From NCBI GenBank assembly GCA_963796105.1, contig CAWCKJ010000003.1, forward strand, positions 376,353 to 440,352: 64,000 nt of DNA, written 5' to 3'. The notes under the pieces were generated by a model. That model saw only the letters and a program-made list of their open reading frames with translations, made no database searches and was not told the DNA's origin. This document shows positions 42,030 through 51,721 of this stretch, in pieces (the stretch's first letter is position 1; each line of letters opens with the position of its first letter). The translations under genes and the position numbers were made by a program. The stretch is from a candidate division FCPU426 bacterium. GTDB lineage: Bacteria; Oederibacteriota; Muellerivitia; Muellerivitales; Muellerivitaceae.

Positions 42030-42458
42030 TCAATTTGAATGAATGTTTTTATATCTCTTTGGTTTTGTAACCTTTTGATTAATAAAATTTTCGTCTTTTA
42101 AAGTTTTTTGATTTTTAAATTTGTCTATATCATTTTTCAGTTCTTCCGAAAGGGTTTTTATGCATTTCTCGCACATCTTTCCTTGGGAAATGGGAATTCC
42201 ACAGCTTTCACAGTACAACCCTGTATCAACCTTTACAAGCCTAAGACGATTTTCACGAACATATCTAAATATTTCTTTTATATCAATACCTGTTTCCTGA
42301 GAAATTTCTTGTGCGGTTGCACTTGGGCGGGTCGACAAAAAATGGAAAATTTTCGTGTAATTGTTTTCTTCTTCTTTAATACAAATAAGACAAATATCCC
42401 TTCCGCCAGGAACTTGATTAAATACTTTGCCACATTTTGTACAATTTGCCCAACTCAT
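42030..42458 (-). CDS. yvyF: YvyF-like flagellar operon protein (TIGR03826-like, zinc-ribbon)
   Basis: MSWANCTKCGKVFNQVPGGRDICLICIKEEENNYTKIFHFL...IFRYVRENRL closely parallels the YvyF family N-terminus (CxxCG...C.C.KEEE). A second CxxC lies C-terminally. Position upstream of flgM as in Bacillus subtilis. Confidence 0.7.
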   Translation of the reverse strand: MSWANCTKCGKVFNQVPGGRDICLICIKEEENNYTKIFHFLSTRPSATAQEISQETGIDIKEIFRYVRENRLRLVKVDTGLYCESCGIPISQGKMCEKCIKTLSEELKNDIDKFKNQKTLKDENFINQKVTKPKRYKNIHSN

Positions 42459-42940
42459 GAAAAGATTTTCTGATGGATTTCAGTTGCTCCCTTTAATCTT
42501 TCATAAAGCATATGACTAATACCAATACCACCAACGGAGGCCAACTGGGTACTTAGTTGTTCATCATGCATAGACTCAAAAAAACCATACGCCTGCGAAT
42601 TCCCCAATAAACCGGATTTTTGTACGGAATTTCTCATTTCTTTTAAGAGCATTTGAAGGAATAACGACTCAAAATCTTTTGAAACCTTTTGAATTTCAGA
42701 ATCGGAATGGAGATGAACCCCAGATACTGGATTTATGTGGTTCAATGGACTTAAAGATTGGGTCGAAGGGCTAGAAGGCAAATGAGAAATATAAGTATTG
42801 TTAATAATAGCATCCCCAGCCATTTGTGAAGTTATATTTGATTTTGAAGTTTGATTCGGTTGAAGTGAATTTCGATAATTAAAATCGGTTCTGTTTTGAA
42901 GGGGTAACAAGGGTTCTATGGGTTGAGAATATAAATTCAT
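42455..42940 (-). CDS. flgJ: Rod-binding protein (FlgJ N-terminal domain-like, no peptidoglycan hydrolase domain)
   Basis: 161 aa. KDFESLFLQMLLKEMRNSV...SQAYGFFESMHDEQLSTQLASVGGIGISHMLYERL matches the Rod_binding domain pattern (FE..FL..MLK.MR). Confidence 0.75.
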   Translation of the reverse strand: MNLYSQPIEPLLPLQNRTDFNYRNSLQPNQTSKSNITSQMAGDAIINNTYISHLPSSPSTQSLSPLNHINPVSGVHLHSDSEIQKVSKDFESLFLQMLLKEMRNSVQKSGLLGNSQAYGFFESMHDEQLSTQLASVGGIGISHMLYERLKGATEIHQKIFS

Positions 42941-42958
42941 GTAATCAATCTCCGAATA

Positions 42959-44080
42959 TTATATGATTTCAAGCTCCGCATGTAAGGCGCCAGCTGCTTT
43001 AATGGCTTGAAGAATTGAAATCAAATCCCTTGGGGTAGCTCCTACAGCGTTAATCGCCGAAACCACATCAATTAAAGATGCGCCCTCAGGCAAAACAATT
43101 AAATTGCCCTGTTTACCAGTATCCTCAGCGCTTAATGTAGTTGTGTGAGTTAATTCATCATGACCAAAAACAGCGTCATGGGAAATTTGTGTGGTCTTTT
43201 TAACTACTAAATGTAAATTTCCATGAGCAATTGCAACCGCTTCAATCCGAACATCTTGCCCTAGTACTACTGTTCCTGTACGCTCATTAACAACAACACG
43301 GTTTTCAGAAGAATCAGTCAAAACAGGGGTGTCTTCAACCGCTGCTATGAAATCAACGACATTATCTTTGTAATTGTTCGGGATTTTCACTTCAATTTGT
43401 CCGCCATCAGTTGCCTTTGCAACTTGTTCTCCAAATTGCTGGTTTATAGCTTGCGTGGCTAAAGAAGCCTGCCCGAAATCAGGATGATTTAATAATATTG
43501 CGATTGTGTCATTATCAATAAAAGTGGAAGGAACTTCTCGCTCCACCAAAGCACCATTTGGAACTCTCCCAGTTGATGTACTATCAACTTGAACCAATGG
43601 AAATTCACCAGTGTTGTCAGAAAATCCACCAACCGCAAGCGGACCTTGAGCAACAGCATAAACCTGTCCATCAGGCCCTTGTAGAGGGGTCATCAAAAGA
43701 ACACCCCCTTGCAAACTTCTAGCGTCCCCTACTGAAGAAACGATAACATCAATTTTATCTCCTGATTTTAACAATGGGGACAATTGTGCAGTCGCCATAA
43801 TAGCAGCAACATTTTGAGTTCTAATTTGATCCGGACCAATTTTAATTCCAAATTGATACAACATATTGGTAATGCTTTGTAACGTTGATACGACTCTCTG
43901 CGTATCACCAGTTCTTTGTAATCCAACAACCAGACCATATCCAATCAGCTGATTTTCGCGAACTCCCTTTACCTTCCCAATAGTTTTCAATCTCACCTGA
44001 GCGGCATTTAATGGCAAAAATATAAAGCATAATAAAAATACGCTTAATACAAACTTTATCCAATTTAATGATTTGTTCAT
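42959..44080 (-). CDS. flgI: Flagellar P-ring protein FlgI
   Basis: VRLKTIGKVKGVRENQLIGYGLVVGLQRTGD and full-length colinearity with FlgI. The start at 44080 (MNKSLNWIKF... signal peptide) has a GAGGAG Shine-Dalgarno, so the ORF-track start at 44119 is probably too long. Confidence 0.9.
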   Translation of the reverse strand: MNKSLNWIKFVLSVFLLCFIFLPLNAAQVRLKTIGKVKGVRENQLIGYGLVVGLQRTGDTQRVVSTLQSITNMLYQFGIKIGPDQIRTQNVAAIMATAQLSPLLKSGDKIDVIVSSVGDARSLQGGVLLMTPLQGPDGQVYAVAQGPLAVGGFSDNTGEFPLVQVDSTSTGRVPNGALVEREVPSTFIDNDTIAILLNHPDFGQASLATQAINQQFGEQVAKATDGGQIEVKIPNNYKDNVVDFIAAVEDTPVLTDSSENRVVVNERTGTVVLGQDVRIEAVAIAHGNLHLVVKKTTQISHDAVFGHDELTHTTTLSAEDTGKQGNLIVLPEGASLIDVVSAINAVGATPRDLISILQAIKAAGALHAELEII

Positions 44081-44100
44081 TCTCAGCTCCTCACTAAAAA

Positions 44101-44721
44101 CTAAAATAAACCAAGCCAACTCATTATCCTTGTCAAAATTCCAGGTTTCGCAGATTCCGATGCAGGCCCGGTGCCCGTTATTTTTATTTTCGCATTGGCG
44201 ACCCTAGAAGATAAAACCATGTTATCACGAGTAATATCATCAGGCCGGATTTCACCGGTAACTTCGATTGTTTGCTTATCGTCATTTACTTCGACATATC
44301 TATTTCCATCAATTAAATAGTTACCATTCGGAAGAACCGAAATAATTTTTGCAGTCATTTCACCCGTAATAGTTGTGCTTCTACTTGAAGTACCCTGTCC
44401 CTGATGAGCCGAACTGGCGCCGACTCCAATTTGATTATTTGTATTTAAAACATTTGCCCCGTATACGCCTGCACCCATATACCCTGTTCCAGCGCCTATA
44501 GCTAAACTGGAAGTTTTTTGGTTTTGACTACTAGCGGCCTGTGTTGCCTGTGTATCCTCTTGTATCATAACAGTTATTACATCGCCCACTCTTCTTGCTC
44601 TTTTTTCGTTATAAATTGAACTTGTTCCTTCTAAAGGGTAAAGAGAATCTGCCATCAACTTTTGAATCAAAGGCATTATTAGAATCACTATAAAAAAGAA
44701 AATCACTTTACGCATGATCAA
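44101..44721 (-). CDS. flgH: Flagellar L-ring lipoprotein FlgH
   Basis: 206 aa. Signal peptide. SLYPLEGTSSIYNEKRARRVGDVITVMIQEDTQA matches the FlgH signature (SLF....LF.D.RA...GDIITV.I.E). Confidence 0.85.
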   Translation of the reverse strand: MIMRKVIFFFIVILIMPLIQKLMADSLYPLEGTSSIYNEKRARRVGDVITVMIQEDTQATQAASSQNQKTSSLAIGAGTGYMGAGVYGANVLNTNNQIGVGASSAHQGQGTSSRSTTITGEMTAKIISVLPNGNYLIDGNRYVEVNDDKQTIEVTGEIRPDDITRDNMVLSSRVANAKIKITGTGPASESAKPGILTRIMSWLGLF

Positions 44722-44734
44722 CCCCTATCCCGAA

Positions 44735-45709
44735 CTACTGTTTTTCATCAATTAAAACAGTTTTTTCGTCTAAAACCTTCCCATGTAATACTTTACCAGA
44801 ATCCGTATTTAATACCTGAATATTATCCCCCGCTTTTCCATCAAAAAGAGCTTTTGCTTGAATGCTTAATTCTATATTTCCCTTATGGACAATCGCCTGT
44901 ATCAATTGGGCTCTTTTTATAACAGGTGGATCGTTTAGTTCACTAAGTCGAATTATTGAACCTATTGGCAATGAGTAAGCTGCTGTTCTTCCCAAAACAT
45001 TTTCTGCTTTTTGTAAAAAACCCGGAAGAATTTTTGAACTTTGCATTCTAACCAATCCAACATTAGAAGCTTTAAATTTTTCCCCTTTTTCGACCATTTT
45101 TGTTGTTGTCACAACTGATCGGTATATTTCCGAATCGACTCGCAAAGGCAATACGCGCACAATGCGACCATCCACAGATAATTCAGTCGTTAGTAATACT
45201 GAACCCTCATACTTTCCTGAAAAAGAAGGACGAAAACTTGCAGTTACGTTGCCGGCCGGTAAAACTATTTTCTTGTTCCCGCCCAATACTTTTACTTCAA
45301 CATTTGCCGGCTGGTCTTGAATTTGCTTCAAAATAAAATTTTTTATTCCAGGCAATAAACTTTGAGGTGAAAACTCTTGCCCTCGAGTCATTACTTGAAC
45401 CAATTCAGGGCCCTGAAATGCAAAATCTTCAATATTACAACCTTCTCGCCGAAGAACAATCCTAACGTATCCCTTTGTTATCTTAATAACATTACCAGCC
45501 GGCGCAGTCCTTCCGATTTTAATTTTGCTTAACTTATCAATAACCGTTTTATTGTTTCCTATTAAGTCCGCGACATCACCTAAAGTAATATCAGGCCCAA
45601 CTACATTCGTTTTTTCAACGAATTTAATTATTAATTGCCCATTTGCGGCCAGAAGCAAATTAGTAAAAGAAAAAAACACAAAAAACAAAACGGTTACTAT
45701 TTTATTCAT
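44735..45709 (-). CDS. flgA: Flagellar P-ring assembly chaperone FlgA
   Basis: 324 aa. Signal peptide. C-terminal SAF-like region (VEKGEKFKASNVGLVRMQSSKILPGFLQ...AAYSLPIGSIIRLSELNDPPVIKRAQLIQAIV...DGKAGDNIQVLNTDSGKVLHGKVLDEKTV) matches FlgA. Confidence 0.7.
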   Translation of the reverse strand: MNKIVTVLFFVFFSFTNLLLAANGQLIIKFVEKTNVVGPDITLGDVADLIGNNKTVIDKLSKIKIGRTAPAGNVIKITKGYVRIVLRREGCNIEDFAFQGPELVQVMTRGQEFSPQSLLPGIKNFILKQIQDQPANVEVKVLGGNKKIVLPAGNVTASFRPSFSGKYEGSVLLTTELSVDGRIVRVLPLRVDSEIYRSVVTTTKMVEKGEKFKASNVGLVRMQSSKILPGFLQKAENVLGRTAAYSLPIGSIIRLSELNDPPVIKRAQLIQAIVHKGNIELSIQAKALFDGKAGDNIQVLNTDSGKVLHGKVLDEKTVLIDEKQ

Positions 45710-45724
45710 GCCGCTAAATCAATA

Positions 45725-46522
45725 TCATGGAAATTGCTTCATAGTTGAAATGTCATACAGCATTGAATCGGAAGTTGAAACAGCCTTGGAATTTAACTCA
45801 TATGCCCTTTGTGCGACTATCAAATTAACCATTTCACTCACCACATCAACATTGGATGCCTCTAATTCACCCTGTTGAACTTGTGGAAAACCTACTGAAC
45901 CAGGGGTGCCTTGAATCGGCGACCCGGAAGCGGGTGTCTCTTGATAAAGATTATTTCCTAATGCCTCTAACCCCGCAGGATTAACAAAGCGAGTTAATTC
46001 AAGCTGTCCAACTTGTGCCTGTTGGGTTCCACCAGCGGTTTGGATCATAATCTGACCCGTTGCGGTTATCTGAATCTGCGAGGTATCAGCTGGAAGTTGA
46101 ACAGGGGGATCTAAAAAATACCCATTTGCAGTAACCAGATTTCCATTAGCATCCTGGGTAAATGAACCATCCCTCGTATATGCAGTAGTTCCATTAGGAA
46201 GAGTTACCTGAAAAAAACTATTATCTCCCGCAATCAACAGATCAAGAGGATTATTCGTGTTTTGGATAGGGCCTTCAGTGAAAATCCTCTGCGTGGAAAC
46301 CGGCTTGACACCTTCTCCTACTTGAAGACCTACAGGTGTGTTCGTGTCCGGAGACGTCGGATTACCAGCAGGCTTAAGATCCCGATATAAAAGATCCTGG
46401 AAATCAACTCTTTGCTTTTTAAAACCCGTTGTACTGACATTGGCAAGGTTGTTTGAAATTGTATCAATATTTAACTGTTGCGCAGCCATACCAGTTGCTG
46501 CTGTGTACAGTGACTGCATCAT
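45725..46522 (-). CDS. flgG: Flagellar distal rod protein FlgG
   Basis: 265 aa. N-terminal MQSLYTAATGMAAQQLNIDTISNNLANVSTTGFK and C-terminal ASNVDVVSEMVNLIVAQRAYELNSK are canonical. Confidence 0.9.
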   Translation of the reverse strand: MMQSLYTAATGMAAQQLNIDTISNNLANVSTTGFKKQRVDFQDLLYRDLKPAGNPTSPDTNTPVGLQVGEGVKPVSTQRIFTEGPIQNTNNPLDLLIAGDNSFFQVTLPNGTTAYTRDGSFTQDANGNLVTANGYFLDPPVQLPADTSQIQITATGQIMIQTAGGTQQAQVGQLELTRFVNPAGLEALGNNLYQETPASGSPIQGTPGSVGFPQVQQGELEASNVDVVSEMVNLIVAQRAYELNSKAVSTSDSMLYDISTMKQFP

Positions 46523-46672
46523 AAAAGCCTCCTAAAGTTCATCGCTCTGGGAATAAACAAAATAACCAGAACTCTGATTTTTTTCACCGTATCAATCGAT
46601 CCACGGTGAGAACGGTCTCCGCTTTGCAGTCCAACCGTTTTAAAACCCAAAATCAAATGATCGACAAACTTA

Positions 46673-47458
46673 TTAAACCCTTAAGGTCCCAATTTCAGTT
46701 GCAGCTTCATTTAAAACATGGTCATAAGTAGAAATAACCCTTGAATTCAACTCATAATTTCTATAAGTATCAATCATGTTTACCATTTCCATCATTGAAT
46801 TAACGTTTGATTGCTCTAAATAACCTTGCTGAACTTGAATTCCATCCGGTGAACTATCTATTTTGTTTTGTGTTTTAACCTCGAATAAAGAATGTCCAAC
46901 TTTATTGAGTTGATTTTCATTTTGAACTTTAACAATTAACAATTGATCCAAGGCTTTCCCGTCAACCATCAAATTCCCTTGTTGATCAGAAGTAACCTCA
47001 GTTCCATCAATATAAATTTCGCCATTATGTCCCAAGACCGGTAAACCATCCTTTGTTACCAGTCGCCCATTTGAATCTAAGCTAAAGTTACCATCTCGAG
47101 TTAACCAAGTTTTTCCATCTGGTCCTAAAACCGAGAAAAAACCGGAACCATTGAGTGCAAAATCAAGGGGACTTTTAGTCTCAAGGTGTGACCCTTGTGA
47201 ATAATCAGTGGTTATCGTTTGTGGTATTACTCCTCCTCCCATAACTCCAATATTTGGCCTCAACTCAGCAGTACCATCCATCACATTAATTCGTTGATCA
47301 TGAATTCTGGCAATTAAATAAGTTGGAAAAGCTACATCCACAGACCGGTTTTGCTTAAATCCAATAGTGCTGACGTTAGCCAAGTTGTTAGCAATAACGT
47401 CTTGTCGCGCAAGTGTAGAGTTCAAGCCAGATGCAGCAATGTATAGTCCGCTCGGCAC
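46673..47458 (-). CDS. flgF: Flagellar proximal rod protein FlgF (or second FlgG-type rod protein)
   Basis: 261 aa. LYIAASGLNSTLARQDVIANNLANVSTIGFK and C-terminal EQSNVNSMMEMVNMIDTYRNYELNSRVI. Confidence 0.8.
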   Translation of the reverse strand: MPSGLYIAASGLNSTLARQDVIANNLANVSTIGFKQNRSVDVAFPTYLIARIHDQRINVMDGTAELRPNIGVMGGGVIPQTITTDYSQGSHLETKSPLDFALNGSGFFSVLGPDGKTWLTRDGNFSLDSNGRLVTKDGLPVLGHNGEIYIDGTEVTSDQQGNLMVDGKALDQLLIVKVQNENQLNKVGHSLFEVKTQNKIDSSPDGIQVQQGYLEQSNVNSMMEMVNMIDTYRNYELNSRVISTYDHVLNEAATEIGTLRV

Positions 47459-47492
47459 TTTATAAACTCCTTAATGATTTATACTTTAAATA

Positions 47493-49067
47493 TCAACGGC
47501 TATGCACTGGCACAGCAGTTCCAGCTGCTTGAATAACGGTACTATAGGGTAATGCAACAGCACTTATTTCTTTGGATCTTGAACTTTCTGTTCCATCGTT
47601 TCCAACTGTCGTTAAAGAAAAGAAATATCTTTGTCCGACTTTTAACTTCCGAACCAGATAGGTTGGAACATTACTAATGGGCTGAGCATTTACTTTTTCA
47701 AACCGCCCACCTGAAACTTCTGAAATGTAAATATTATACCCTTTTGCACTGATCTTTCCCGGATCAGCCAACCCCGCTATTCCGGCTTGCTTAGCAATAT
47801 CAATGACACCCTCATTTTGAAGCTCGCTTTGAACCACAACCGGTGCGCCAGGAGCAGATGTCGTGCCAGCTATTATCTCTCTTGAATATTGACTTTCAAC
47901 TGGAGGTACAGTATTGGTTATTGAACTTACCACAAAATAATAATGAGTATTTTTCTCTAATCCACGTAGCGAATAATAATTTGCCTTTACCGGTTTTTGG
48001 TTGATTTTTACATAACCTCCACCAGAAGTTTTAGTGAAATAAACGTTATATCCAGCCAAGGAAAGGGACGGTGAATTTACCCACCTAAGGGTAATAATAT
48101 CGCCATCCACTGATGCATTTAAACCTTCCGGAATAAAACTTTTCACTTTCCCCAAGAAAGACTCGCCAAACCGCCAATTGGCAGAGATCCGATGCGTTGC
48201 TCCTAGAAATTCAGCATGACCCATATAAGCATAATCAATTCCCCAAGATTTTGAACGATAACTGATCCCAGCAGTAAACTGTCCAGGAAGTGTCATAAAA
48301 TCACTATACCCGGTTCTGATTCCAAGTTGGTCCTCAAAAAACCAGCCTTCAATACCTGCGTGCAACAGTGTATGATCCCCTACTGTTTGGTCACTAATGC
48401 TTTCAAATTCCCAAGCTGTAACTAAATCGTCAGTAAACTCATAACTAAATCCACCCCTGACACTCAATGCAACCGGATCAACGTTTCCACCCTGCCAACG
48501 AATAGTTGTGTCCACATCTTGAGCGCATAAACCAATATTTATTTGTTTTCCATATCGAGGATTCAAAATTGGCATATGATATAGAAAACCCAGATCAAGG
48601 CCCCAACCAGTAGCTTGAAGTCCTGGTTGATTTGACGAATCCGCACCATAAAGTTTTAAATTCAGCCCGCAAGAAATAGACTTATCAATCGCTAATGGCG
48701 CTGCAAAAGACCCATAATAAATCCGTTCATTCAAGGAGCCGTCAGTAAAAAAATGTTGTTGAGTGGCAATTGCCCACGCCATTTGATCGCCAAAAGGCTG
48801 CACATACACGCCTTCAAAATCATCCTCTTTTCCGTTTAAAAGAATTGCGGCCATTCCTGATATTTCAGGGCGTAAAACTTGAACAAGACCAGCAGGATTG
48901 AAAAAAACCGCATCACCAGAATCCGCTACTGTTGTAAATGCCCCACCCATTCCCAAAGGTCGAGCACCAATACCCGTAACGCCGCCTTTAGCAAAAGTCT
49001 GTGCTTTCACAGAAGTTATCGGCAGCAAAAGCAATAATAGGATGGCAGCTAAATTCCTAATAACCAT
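47493..49067 (-). CDS. PorV-like outer-membrane beta-barrel fused to two C-terminal fibronectin type III-like domains (paralogue 3), within the flagellar rod/ring operon
   Basis: 524 aa. Signal peptide. VTGIGARPLGMGGAFTTVADSGDAVFFNPAGLVQV matches the PorV N-terminal signature. The C-terminal ~200 aa contain two Fn3-like units (IITLRWVNSPSLSLAGYNVYFTKTSGGGYVKIN...NTHYYFVVSSIT and KGYNIYISEVSGGRFEKVNAQPIS...GQRYFFSLTTV). 11-bp overlap with the upstream gene. Confidence 0.5.
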   Translation of the reverse strand: MVIRNLAAILLLLLLPITSVKAQTFAKGGVTGIGARPLGMGGAFTTVADSGDAVFFNPAGLVQVLRPEISGMAAILLNGKEDDFEGVYVQPFGDQMAWAIATQQHFFTDGSLNERIYYGSFAAPLAIDKSISCGLNLKLYGADSSNQPGLQATGWGLDLGFLYHMPILNPRYGKQINIGLCAQDVDTTIRWQGGNVDPVALSVRGGFSYEFTDDLVTAWEFESISDQTVGDHTLLHAGIEGWFFEDQLGIRTGYSDFMTLPGQFTAGISYRSKSWGIDYAYMGHAEFLGATHRISANWRFGESFLGKVKSFIPEGLNASVDGDIITLRWVNSPSLSLAGYNVYFTKTSGGGYVKINQKPVKANYYSLRGLEKNTHYYFVVSSITNTVPPVESQYSREIIAGTTSAPGAPVVVQSELQNEGVIDIAKQAGIAGLADPGKISAKGYNIYISEVSGGRFEKVNAQPISNVPTYLVRKLKVGQRYFFSLTTVGNDGTESSRSKEISAVALPYSTVIQAAGTAVPVHSR

Positions 49068-51237
49068 TCGGGCCTACCTTCTCACCATTTATATGGATGT
49101 CCGAAAGCTGCAAAAACTGTAACTGATTTATTTTCCCAACAGCAAAATTAGCAGCCACTTGGGTTGGAGTAATTATAACCAATTCATTTTTTCCATAATA
49201 TACACGAGTTGATATCTCTTTTAAACCTGTTCCTACTGAATTCACACCCGTTTTTACCACTTCTCCCGCTTCTTGGAATATATAAGGGACATATGTCAAA
49301 TGGGAACGATAATTTATAATAATAATAGCGTCCCCATTAAGGTTTTTATCAAAATGAGCATTTAGCACTTGATCTGGGTTCAAATGGTTAAATCCCATTA
49401 CCGGAACATTACCAGCTTCCGGATAACCCGTATTATTGGCAGAATCAGTCGGGTTAACATTTTTCTGCTGAGCATTAGCGGTATTGGATACTAATTCCAT
49501 GGATTCAAGCATTTTCTTGAGATTTTCCTGAGCCAAAGTTGTAAGTTTTTTCCGTTCTTGCTCAAGTAATGATTGTTGTTGTCGGCGAATGTTGATAAGT
49601 TTAGCCGAGTCTTTAATTGATCCCTCATTTACAGAGGATAATATTTCAATTGTTTGAACGGGGGTTGAACCAATATGTTCTAATTGATCTTGGACTTGAA
49701 AAGCCCAAGTATAAACACCCGGCGGTAAGGGTTGATACTCATCATCTTCACCACTCCAAAGCAATTTAGTTGTAGGTGATCCAACCCCTCTTAAACCCCT
49801 CACCAAATGGTTGTTTTTATCATAAATTAATACGCTCCAACGATTAACTGTAACATCCTCAGTTGTATCTAAATGAAATTCCGCTTTTTCACCTTGAGCA
49901 GGAAAAAATGAGGCCGGTTGAACATAAGCTCCTACTTTAGGTGGCGGCAACTCCTCTCCTCCGCCAAAGCGATAAGCCATTCCAATATAAAAATTCTCAA
50001 AATTTATACCACCCGTGTCATATGAACCAATAGCTGATCCCGCTGTTACACTCGCAGAAGGAGAAACTGGCAAAAGATAAGCCGCATCTGTTTGAAAATC
50101 TCCGTTGAAAGCTCTTAAGCTTAATCCTAATGAAAAAATTCCGGGACGACTTAAAGGCGTTGAATAACCCCCACGTACGGCCATAACGTCCCTAAAAAAC
50201 CAGAATTCTGTTCCGAAACGAAGATATTTATTATCGGAATCCGAAAATCTCGGATCAGAAATTTGGTCAAAATCAATTGCAGTAATATTTCGTATTTTAA
50301 ATAAGTAAGCATTTTTATACGCAAATCCTAATGTGATTTCTGGCGGAATGTTAGCTTGATATCCTGGTCCCACATTAAAAGTAATGGGGGTAGCACCAGG
50401 AGGAATGTACAAGATATTAGAACCCGCAGTTAGGCCATTTGGATATTGCGCCAAACCCACTAAATCGTTCAAAGCTAAACCAATTCTAAATTCCTCTGAA
50501 TATTTAGTTATTGGAATTCTATAAAGGATACCAACATCCACTCCAAATCCGGTAACTTGAGTCGCATTATTAAGTGCCTTTGCCAAACTAGGGTCATTTC
50601 CAAAATATCGTATGTAATAAGGATCGTTTGTAATTCTTTTTATATTAACTCCAACCGAAAAATTCCTAACAGCAGAAAAACGAGCCGCATAAGAAAGAAG
50701 AATTTCACTTTGTTGAAAACTCGGATTTTGAAGATAACTAAATTGCGACGATGTCGGTTGATCTAAAAAATTATTTCCAATATATAAATTGCGTTGATCG
50801 TGAAAGGGCCGGAAAAGAGATATCCCTAATGTATTTTCTTTTGCAAGTGGAGCAATAAATTGGAAGGAAGCGTACCATGGAAATCCAAATCCAGGCTTTC
50901 CATTAACCTTGTCCATGAAATAATCGGGAGCACTTGAGATTGATAATTCGTAAGATGAAAGCTGAGCCAAACCAGCAACATTCCAATAAGCTGCTGATGC
51001 ATCATCCGAAATTGCGACAAATGCCCCACCCATTCCAATAGCCCTGGGACCAATTCCTGAGGTTTCCTTCCATCCGAAAATAGGGTTGATCGTTTGAGAA
51101 TAAGCAACATTTGCAAATAAAATAATAAATAAAAAACCAATTAATAAATTAAGATTTCGTTTATGCGCATTCGAGTACCGAATAATTCTTTTATTTAATT
51201 TTTGCACCTTTATCATCACCCTTCTTGTTTTACCCAA
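49057..51237 (-). CDS. Large PorV-like outer-membrane beta-barrel protein with C-terminal extension (paralogue 4), within the flagellar operon
   Basis: 726 aa. Signal/TM segment then TSGIGPRAIGMGGAFVAISDDASAAYWNVAGLAQL matches the PorV-like motif. ~400-aa barrel region, then ~300-aa C-terminal region of unknown fold. Confidence 0.45.
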   Translation of the reverse strand: MGKTRRVMIKVQKLNKRIIRYSNAHKRNLNLLIGFLFIILFANVAYSQTINPIFGWKETSGIGPRAIGMGGAFVAISDDASAAYWNVAGLAQLSSYELSISSAPDYFMDKVNGKPGFGFPWYASFQFIAPLAKENTLGISLFRPFHDQRNLYIGNNFLDQPTSSQFSYLQNPSFQQSEILLSYAARFSAVRNFSVGVNIKRITNDPYYIRYFGNDPSLAKALNNATQVTGFGVDVGILYRIPITKYSEEFRIGLALNDLVGLAQYPNGLTAGSNILYIPPGATPITFNVGPGYQANIPPEITLGFAYKNAYLFKIRNITAIDFDQISDPRFSDSDNKYLRFGTEFWFFRDVMAVRGGYSTPLSRPGIFSLGLSLRAFNGDFQTDAAYLLPVSPSASVTAGSAIGSYDTGGINFENFYIGMAYRFGGGEELPPPKVGAYVQPASFFPAQGEKAEFHLDTTEDVTVNRWSVLIYDKNNHLVRGLRGVGSPTTKLLWSGEDDEYQPLPPGVYTWAFQVQDQLEHIGSTPVQTIEILSSVNEGSIKDSAKLINIRRQQQSLLEQERKKLTTLAQENLKKMLESMELVSNTANAQQKNVNPTDSANNTGYPEAGNVPVMGFNHLNPDQVLNAHFDKNLNGDAIIIINYRSHLTYVPYIFQEAGEVVKTGVNSVGTGLKEISTRVYYGKNELVIITPTQVAANFAVGKINQLQFLQLSDIHINGEKVGPNGY

Positions 51238-51268
51238 ATCATATTGAATAAAACGATTATTTTATATT

Positions 51269-51568
51269 TTATTTCACTTTTTCGCCAGTATCTGTTTTGT
51301 AAATCGCCACCAAAATTTCCGCAACAATTTGATATAGGTTAGATGGTATATCTTGGTTTATGTTTAGTTTATCGAGCATATCGACAAGTAACCTGTCTTC
51401 TAAAACAGGAACTCCATTTTTTTTTGCGATATTTATTAATCTTTCCGCAATCATCCCTTTCCCTTTTGCAATAATGCGTGGTGCAGGCATTGTTTTCTTA
51501 TCATACCTAAGTGCGATAGCAGTTTTACGAAGAATTCTCTTTCGCGGCAAAGATTCCGGAGGGCTCAA
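51269..51568 (-). CDS. FlhB C-terminal domain-like protein (EscU/YscU/FlhB substrate-switch domain paralogue, YlqH-like)
   Basis: 99 aa. KTAIALRYDKKTMPAPRIIAKGKGMIAERLINIAKKNGVPVLEDRLLVDML...IPSNLYQIVAEILVAIYK parallels the stand-alone FlhB-C domain family (KAVAL.YD....AP.VVAKGKG..AE.I...A.E.GIP..ED). Confidence 0.75.
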   Translation of the reverse strand: MSPPESLPRKRILRKTAIALRYDKKTMPAPRIIAKGKGMIAERLINIAKKNGVPVLEDRLLVDMLDKLNINQDIPSNLYQIVAEILVAIYKTDTGEKVK

Positions 51569-51721
51569 ACCTCATCCAATCCATTTCAGTAGTGGCCCTA
51601 CAGGGACACTTATTCCCGCTTCAAAACAATGGTTATACTCATAAATTAAAAAACAGTTTATCTTATAAATTTTACTCTAAACGCATTTTATATCTCATTG
51701 TTTAACCCTTTTCCATTTTAG

